Positions 58,601 through 64,000 of a stretch of 64,000 nt of DNA are shown here, one piece after another (position 1 is the stretch's first letter; each line of letters begins with the position of its first letter). The position numbers were made by a program, and so were the translations under genes. Under the pieces are notes generated by a model. The model saw nothing but the letters and a program-made list of their open reading frames with translations. It had not been told where the DNA came from and searched no databases. The stretch covers positions 849,313 through 913,312 of the forward strand of contig CAZDOJ010000001.1 in NCBI GenBank assembly GCA_964507055.1. The letters are read 5' to 3'. The stretch comes from an uncultured Gammaproteobacteria bacterium. GTDB taxonomy: Bacteria > Patescibacteriota > Microgenomatia > Levybacterales > UBA12049.

Positions 58601-59812
58601 ATGAACTCAAAAGGTAAAAAATTTCTTCTCGGTGGATTCCTCGTTATGCTTCTCGTAGGTATTCCTCTTTCTGTATATTTGGTTCAACAACAACAAGAAG
58701 TTCGAAGTAGAGCTGAAAAGTCTACAATAGTTACTTTTACACCAGATTCAACGCAAGCTGCACCTATTCAAAAAGCAGTTGGAGACAGTGTCCCTCTTGA
58801 TATTAATGTCGATCCAGGTAAGAATTTAGTTTCATTCGTAAAGCTTGAGATTAGTTATGATCCTGAAGTTTTGGCGACATCTTCAGCAAATGCTTTCCAA
58901 GCAAATACAACGGCGTTCCCTTCTGTTCTTGAAGGACCAGTCTACACACCGGGTAAAATTGCTGTGACCCTTTCTGTTGGACCAGATCCGACGAAAGCTA
59001 TTCAGCAAAAAGTAAAAGCAGCGACAGTAACATTTACTGCATTAAAGGATACTCCTCCTGGTACACCAACTTTGGTTACATATAGCTCAAATACACAAGT
59101 ACTTTCTATTGGATCAAACGATCAGGCTAGTGAGAACGTACTCTCTACGGCAACTCCAGCGACAATTGCTATTGGAGGAGCTGCACCATCACCAAGCGAT
59201 CAACCAATTCCTACAGGCACTATCGCACCAACAGTTCCAATTACAGATAGTCCTACACAAGCACCATTACCAACAGATGTTCCATTGCCTACAGATATAT
59301 TGTCGCCAACACCAACTGGTCCAGTTACAAGTGGCCCACCAAACACTGCACCTGTATGTAGTAGCATCGTTGCTGATCGTGAGTTAACGGGAGCAGCACC
59401 TTTCTCAATCACATTAACTGCAAATGGTAGTGATACTGATGGAACAATTGGCAAAGTTACATTTAACTTTGGCGATGGTCAACAAAGTGATGTCACAACA
59501 TCTGGTGGAATCGGAACCGCTTCTGTTAACGTACAAGCGTCCCATACATATAACAATCCAGGTACATATCAAGCAACTGCAATCTTGACAGACAGCTCTG
59601 CTGGCGTAAGTCTCCCAAGTGATACATGTAAGCAAACTATCACTGTAACTGAAGCAAGTGGTAGTGCAAGTCCTGCACCAAACACTGGTGGTGGAAATGT
59701 AGTTCTTACGCCAACTATGCCTCCAACTGGTGCGACTGAAACAGCTATCGGAATTGGAGTTGCCGTCATGATGTTAATCGTAGGCGGAGGATTACTCTTC
59801 TTCGTCCTCTAG
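58601..59812 (+). CDS. Cell-surface protein: N-terminal TM/signal, cohesin-like domain, PKD domain, C-terminal PPTG-like motif plus TM anchor
   Basis: Cohesin-like beta-sandwich pattern (VGDSVPLDINVD...VKLEISYDPEVLA...GKIAVTLSVG...ATVTFTAL). Then PT-rich linkers and a PKD signature (FSITLTANGSDTDGTIGKVTFNFGDGQ...SHTYNNPGTYQATAILTD). C-terminal MPPTGATE plus a hydrophobic helix. Confidence 0.65.
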   Translation: MNSKGKKFLLGGFLVMLLVGIPLSVYLVQQQQEVRSRAEKSTIVTFTPDSTQAAPIQKAVGDSVPLDINVDPGKNLVSFVKLEISYDPEVLATSSANAFQANTTAFPSVLEGPVYTPGKIAVTLSVGPDPTKAIQQKVKAATVTFTALKDTPPGTPTLVTYSSNTQVLSIGSNDQASENVLSTATPATIAIGGAAPSPSDQPIPTGTIAPTVPITDSPTQAPLPTDVPLPTDILSPTPTGPVTSGPPNTAPVCSSIVADRELTGAAPFSITLTANGSDTDGTIGKVTFNFGDGQQSDVTTSGGIGTASVNVQASHTYNNPGTYQATAILTDSSAGVSLPSDTCKQTITVTEASGSASPAPNTGGGNVVLTPTMPPTGATETAIGIGVAVMMLIVGGGLLFFVL

Positions 59813-59845
59813 TTTAAACGCTATTTCTGCTATACTTCCACAAAT

Positions 59846-60013
59846 ATGTATTCTGAGCAGTATCACCGCATCAAAAACTTAGAACGGAAACTGAGGACAG
59901 CAGGAAGTCCGATAGACGCGGCACGTGTACGAAAAGTTGCGAGCGACTATAAGAAACCTATTGTCATCGTAGAAGTTACCACAAAAAATAAAAAAGGAGA
60001 AATTGTCCTCTAG
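59846..60013 (+). CDS. Candidate small basic protein (55 aa), below the ORF-track size cutoff
   Basis: ATG 59846 to TAG 60011-13 encodes MYSEQYHRIKNLERKLRTAGSPIDAARVRKVASDYKKPIVIVEVTTKNKKGEIVL. It lies in an otherwise unexplained 190-bp gap. There is no clear SD. Confidence 0.3.
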   Translation: MYSEQYHRIKNLERKLRTAGSPIDAARVRKVASDYKKPIVIVEVTTKNKKGEIVL

Positions 60014-60035
60014 TTGCTATGCTATAATTTCTTTG

Positions 60036-60590
60036 ATGAAAAATGTAACTATCCTTCATGGTACTGATGCAACTTCTCAAGACAACTGGTTTCCTTGGGT
60101 GAAAAAAGAATTAGAAGCAGATGGTTGGAAAACCTGGGTACCAAACTTACCAAAAGCAAATAAACCAAACATCAAGCGTTACAATAGATTTCTTGGTGAA
60201 CAAAAAGAATTTGAATTAAATGAAGAAACAGTTTTAATTGGTCATTCATCAGGGGCTGTAGCAATACTTGGATTACTTCAATCTTTACCAAAAGATATTA
60301 TCATCAAACGAATTATTCTTGTTGCAGCGTTCAAAAATGATTTAGGATGGGATTCATTAAAAGAACTTTTTGAAGAACCCTTTGATTTTGAAAGAATTAA
60401 AAAGCATGTTAAAGAGGTAACATTACTTCACGCAGATAATGATCCATATATTGGTTTGGACCAAGCAGAATATTTGGCTGATGTGTTAGATGGAGAATTA
60501 ATAATCCTGAAAGGACAAAAGCATTTTAGCGAAAGTATGGATCCGAAATATAATAAGTTTCCTTTTATTGTGGAATTATTAAAAGACTAG
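60036..60590 (+). CDS. Alpha/beta-fold serine hydrolase (RBBP9/YdeN-like esterase family)
   Basis: VTILHGTDA...LIGHSSGAV nucleophile elbow (GHSSG) and a C-terminal D/H-containing region. I chose the start at ATG 60036 (MKNVTILHG); TATAAT lies at 60024-60029. Confidence 0.7.
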   Translation: MKNVTILHGTDATSQDNWFPWVKKELEADGWKTWVPNLPKANKPNIKRYNRFLGEQKEFELNEETVLIGHSSGAVAILGLLQSLPKDIIIKRIILVAAFKNDLGWDSLKELFEEPFDFERIKKHVKEVTLLHADNDPYIGLDQAEYLADVLDGELIILKGQKHFSESMDPKYNKFPFIVELLKD

Positions 60591-61102
60591 TTAAGAGCAT
60601 AAACATTTCGAACAATACCTGGAATGGTGAGGGCCTGTTTTCTAACTGGATTCACGTTGAACTGCGTCCAATTGTCACCTTTCTTAACTTCTCTCCCTAC
60701 AAGTTCAACACTATCCAGAAATTTAAATTCTTCGTTTAGCATTGCTGGTTTATATGGATCAGACTTATCCTTTGCTATCTTTCTGATGTGCATAAGATAT
60801 TGACCTTTTTCTCCAGCATCTTTCATCGATTCATCTTCCAAATCTATATCTTCAGGTGTTCTTCCAATTGTTACTTGTCTTGATATAGTTTCATCCTTGT
60901 CGCTCGATTCGAACATTATTACACCATTTCCTTGAATCACTTCTACAGGTTTACAACCAATATCATATGTTGTAAGGGAATTAAATTCTCCAAAAGCTGA
61001 AGCAAGAGGTTTCATATCTTCGGGTATATCACTTCTTCGACCGTCACCTATTTTAAGTTCAGGTAAAGTATCTACTCGGCCAGTTTCGCCTAACTCAGAC
61101 AT
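60587..61102 (-). CDS. Hypothetical protein
   Basis: 171-aa acidic ORF located 40 nt downstream of lepA on the same strand. No family recognised. Confidence 0.5.
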   Translation of the reverse strand: MSELGETGRVDTLPELKIGDGRRSDIPEDMKPLASAFGEFNSLTTYDIGCKPVEVIQGNGVIMFESSDKDETISRQVTIGRTPEDIDLEDESMKDAGEKGQYLMHIRKIAKDKSDPYKPAMLNEEFKFLDSVELVGREVKKGDNWTQFNVNPVRKQALTIPGIVRNVYALN

Positions 61103-61142
61103 AATTTATATATATCACAATCTAGCTCACAGATACAATAAT

Positions 61143-62882
61143 CTATTTACTATCTGAAATCATTGAAAAGAGTGCTGATTGTGGAAGCTGTACTTTTCCT
61201 TGTGAAACCATACGCTTCTTTCCTTTTTTCTGTGCTTCCAAAAGTTTATCTTTACGAGTTCTGTCTCCTCCACTCATCTTTGCCAAGACATCTTTTCTAT
61301 ATGGTGGGATTTCTTCACGAGCAACAATATTGTTATTCACAGTCGCCTGGATAATTTGGCGGAACTGCTGCCTCTCGAGTGAATCTTTCAGTTTTTCAGC
61401 TTTTTGACGGGCTACATAAATTGCTTCATCTTTGTAAACCAATTCAGATAATACATCAATTGGATTAGTATTAATAAGAATATCCAATTTGACCAAATCA
61501 GCTTGTTTGTAATCAGTTAATTCATAATCTAGTGACCCAAAACCTGCAGTTACAGATTTTATTTCTCCATCCAGTCCACGAATAAACATACTATATGGCA
61601 TCTCATACGATAAGACGGCATATGCTTCGTGATATTGCATATCTAAAAGAAAACCTTTCTTCTTTTGACAAACGGTCATAATACTTCCAACATATTCAGC
61701 TGGTGCATAAATATTAAGAAGCATGTATGGTTCATAAATTCCCCCATCCTCACGAGTCTCATAAAGTACCTGCGGCATAGTGAGTAAAAGGTCCAAATCA
61801 TATTCTTGCTTCAATCGTTCCTTCACAATGTCGGCATGGAGAAGTCCAAGAAATCCTACTCGGAATCCACTTCCTAAATATGCGGAGTACTCATCAGTGT
61901 AAGTAAGAGCTGTATCATTTAACTCCAATTTCCCAAGTGCTTCACGAAGTCTGACGAAATCATCAGAAGATGTGGGATACATACCGAAGAAAACCATTGG
62001 CTTTGGAGTGACGTACCCAGCTAAAGGTTCAACCGTAGATCCTTCTTCAATAACTGTATCTCCCACACGTGCTTGGCGGATATCTTTTATGCCACAAGCT
62101 ATATAACCAATTTCACCAGTTTCTAAGGAATCAGCTTCTTTGAGAAATGGCGTAAACGTACCTGCTTCTACGACGTTATTTTTTAACTTGTTTTGATAAA
62201 ACTGGACAGAATCACCTTTGGCTATTTTGCCGTCAATGATACGGACATAGGCTATAACGCCTCTGTATTCGTCATACACAGAATCAAATATCAAAGCACG
62301 CAGTGGTGCATCAACTTTTCCTTGTGGTGCTGGGATTTTCTCAACAATCAATTCCAAAAGCTTATCGACATTTTCTCCAGTCTTTGCCGAGATAAAAAGT
62401 ATTTCATCTTTTTTAAATCCAAAAGCTTCAAGCTCTTTCACGACAGACTCTGTCATAGCATTTGGTAAATCGATTTTGTTGAGGACTGGAATCATGACCA
62501 ATCCTTCTTTCTTCGCAACTTGGTAATGTGCCACAGTCTGTGCTTGAATTCCTTGTGTCGCATCAACCAATAAAACTGCACCTTCACAAGCAGCAAGCGT
62601 ACGGGAAACTTCATACGAGAAATCGACATGCCCAGGAGTATCAATCAGATTCAACTGATACGTCTCGTCATTACGCTTGTAGTTCATGCGAACTGGAGCA
62701 AGTTTAATTGTAATACCCCTTTTGCGAGAGATAACATTTTGGTCAAGAAATTGCTCCTGAAGTTTATCCTTTGCAATTGTATGCGTATACTCTAAGAGTC
62801 TATCTGATAATGTAGATTTCCCATGATCTATATGAGCAATGATCGCAAAATTTCGGATATGACTAAGTGTTTGCATGTGCAC
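61143..62882 (-). CDS. lepA: Elongation factor 4 (LepA)
   Basis: IRNFAIIAHIDHGKSTLSDRLLE G1 motif, DTPGHVDF, NKID, and a LepA-specific C-terminal domain ending ...KKGKKRMVSQGKVQLPQSALF. Confidence 0.9.
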   Translation of the reverse strand: MHMQTLSHIRNFAIIAHIDHGKSTLSDRLLEYTHTIAKDKLQEQFLDQNVISRKRGITIKLAPVRMNYKRNDETYQLNLIDTPGHVDFSYEVSRTLAACEGAVLLVDATQGIQAQTVAHYQVAKKEGLVMIPVLNKIDLPNAMTESVVKELEAFGFKKDEILFISAKTGENVDKLLELIVEKIPAPQGKVDAPLRALIFDSVYDEYRGVIAYVRIIDGKIAKGDSVQFYQNKLKNNVVEAGTFTPFLKEADSLETGEIGYIACGIKDIRQARVGDTVIEEGSTVEPLAGYVTPKPMVFFGMYPTSSDDFVRLREALGKLELNDTALTYTDEYSAYLGSGFRVGFLGLLHADIVKERLKQEYDLDLLLTMPQVLYETREDGGIYEPYMLLNIYAPAEYVGSIMTVCQKKKGFLLDMQYHEAYAVLSYEMPYSMFIRGLDGEIKSVTAGFGSLDYELTDYKQADLVKLDILINTNPIDVLSELVYKDEAIYVARQKAEKLKDSLERQQFRQIIQATVNNNIVAREEIPPYRKDVLAKMSGGDRTRKDKLLEAQKKGKKRMVSQGKVQLPQSALFSMISDSK

Positions 62883-62979
62883 ATTGTACCGTATTTAGCT
62901 TCGGATAGCAAAATTATAAACGCATGTGATCCACTTCGATTCTTTTCGTCTTGGTAAAATATGCTACAATAGGAAAACA

Positions 62980-63654
62980 ATGAAAAAATTCCACTACATT
63001 CTTCTTGTGCTTATTGTTGGTGTCTTTATCGCCATTATTTATGCTAACCAACAACAAAATGGCAACACTACAAATGCTACACAAACTCCGACAATTCCAC
63101 CGGATGGTCAGACAATGAACTTTAATATGAACCAAGGAAATGGCCAGCAACAACAACCACAACAACAAGGCGGGCAAGTACAAGGGCAACAAACAGGTGC
63201 TCAACCAACATTTGGCGTTGAAGAAGGTGTAAAGGCAACATATTCAGCTGTCATTAAAACTTCGAAAGGAGATATTGAAGCAACACTCTATGGGAAAGAA
63301 GCCCCAAACACTGTAAAAAACTTCATCACAAAAAGTAAAAGTGGTTTCTATAAGAATCTTAGCTTCCATCGAGTTGAAGATTGGGTTGTTCAGGGAGGAG
63401 ATCCAAAAGGTGATGGAACCGGTGGTGGTTTAATGAGAACTGAATTAAACACACAACCTTTCGTTCCTGGCTCTTTGGGAATTGCACGCGGGGCTGACAT
63501 CAGGGTCTCAAATGATTCACAGTTTTTTATTACAAAGACCGAGGCGTCACATTTGGATCAACAATATACAAACTTCGGAATGGTTACCAAAGGAATGGAT
63601 GTCGTGAATAAGATGCAAATTGGCGATAAAATACTTAGTATTACTGTGAACTAG
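62980..63654 (+). CDS. ppiB: Membrane-anchored cyclophilin-type peptidyl-prolyl cis-trans isomerase
   Basis: Start chosen at ATG 62980 (MKKFHYILLVL..., with AGGA 6-9 nt upstream). TM anchor, Gln/Asn-rich linker, then cyclophilin core FHRVEDWVVQGGDPKGDGTGGG. Confidence 0.85.
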   Translation: MKKFHYILLVLIVGVFIAIIYANQQQNGNTTNATQTPTIPPDGQTMNFNMNQGNGQQQQPQQQGGQVQGQQTGAQPTFGVEEGVKATYSAVIKTSKGDIEATLYGKEAPNTVKNFITKSKSGFYKNLSFHRVEDWVVQGGDPKGDGTGGGLMRTELNTQPFVPGSLGIARGADIRVSNDSQFFITKTEASHLDQQYTNFGMVTKGMDVVNKMQIGDKILSITVN

Positions 63655-64000
63655 TTGGACCATAGACTCTCGGCAACCGCAAGTCCCCCATTCTTCCATT
63701 GCCTATTCCAACTCCCCTAAAAATACCATGGCTATTTGGCTGCCACAAGCTGTGTCTATAATCATATCCTTGAGATTCCCCACCATTAATTGGAACCCTA
63801 TTTAATGGGGACACATTGTGCTTTACTGCAGGAAAAACTTGTGTCACGGTATCAGCAAACCTTACTTCGAGAGGCTCTTCTCGTTGCTCTTTACTGAAAT
63901 AATATATATGGTCTTTATCACGCAAGCGAAATCTGTACGGTTCAATCGATGAAGTACCTCCTATTGTTTTCGTTCCTGCATTTGTTTCACCAGGATGTTT
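63641..64000 (-). CDS. Hypothetical protein, C-terminal fragment; the gene starts beyond the window end
   Basis: The minus-strand frame is open from position 64000 down to the stop at 63641. The track's Met at 63925 is an internal TTG. Confidence 0.35.
   Translation of the reverse strand, partial: KHPGETNAGTKTIGGTSSIEPYRFRLRDKDHIYYFSKEQREEPLEVRFADTVTQVFPAVKHNVSPLNRVPINGGESQGYDYRHSLWQPNSHGIFRGVGIGNGRMGDLRLPRVYGPTSSQ

Overview
This is a gene-dense, AT-rich bacterial window with about 65 protein-coding genes. Many adjacent genes overlap by 1-8 nt, and I found no rRNA, tRNA, CRISPR array or transposase/integrase. Coordinates and products come from reading the six-frame translations by eye; I ran no database search.

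Contents, 5' to 3':
- 1-12.2 kb, mostly minus strand: a surface-glycan island. It carries gmd, an Rmd-like reductase, ugd, an RmlD-like reductase, a NUDIX hydrolase, rfbB and rfbA. It also carries four GT2 glycosyltransferases, a GT2-GtrA polyprenol-phosphate sugar synthase and a partial GT-C (ArnT/PMT-like) transferase at the window start.
- 12.4-20 kb: a CAP-domain membrane protein, a t6A cluster (TsaC, a truncated 105-aa TsaB, and TsaE), a lamin-tail-domain surface protein, and ftsE-ftsX followed by a coiled-coil secreted protein with a C39-like cysteine-peptidase domain.
- 20.8-30.7 kb: folP next to a CofE-like gamma-glutamyl ligase, RF2, adenosine deaminase, a histidine phosphatase and an O-methyltransferase. 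Also here are a secreted HExxH metalloprotease with a dockerin-like C-terminus, a CBS-less IMPDH/GMPR, and an orphan PurS.
- 31.2-38.2 kb: two tandem paralogs, each built from two fused GH130 mannoside-phosphorylase domains, next to alpha-glucan phosphorylase and glycogen synthase.
- 38.3-42.2 kb: the most unusual locus. It holds a CarS-like (CDP-archaeol synthase family) membrane cytidylyltransferase and a PHP phosphoesterase. Beside them are a CDP-alcohol phosphatidyltransferase, myo-inositol-1-phosphate synthase and a divergent LysR regulator. I read it as a self-contained inositol-phospholipid head-group module that uses an archaeal-type CDP-lipid synthase.
- 42.2-64 kb: housekeeping genes (SPFH, alr, recQ, secA, serS, rpsT, murJ, groESL, lepA, cyclophilin) plus a GAF histidine kinase and a cohesin-like/PKD surface protein.

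The overall content (a truncated 105-aa TsaB, LTD and GH130 proteins, archaeal-type lipid genes, and no biosynthetic completeness) suggests a Candidate Phyla Radiation / Patescibacteria-like genome; this is an inference. Having RF2 argues that UGA is a stop codon here (genetic code 11).
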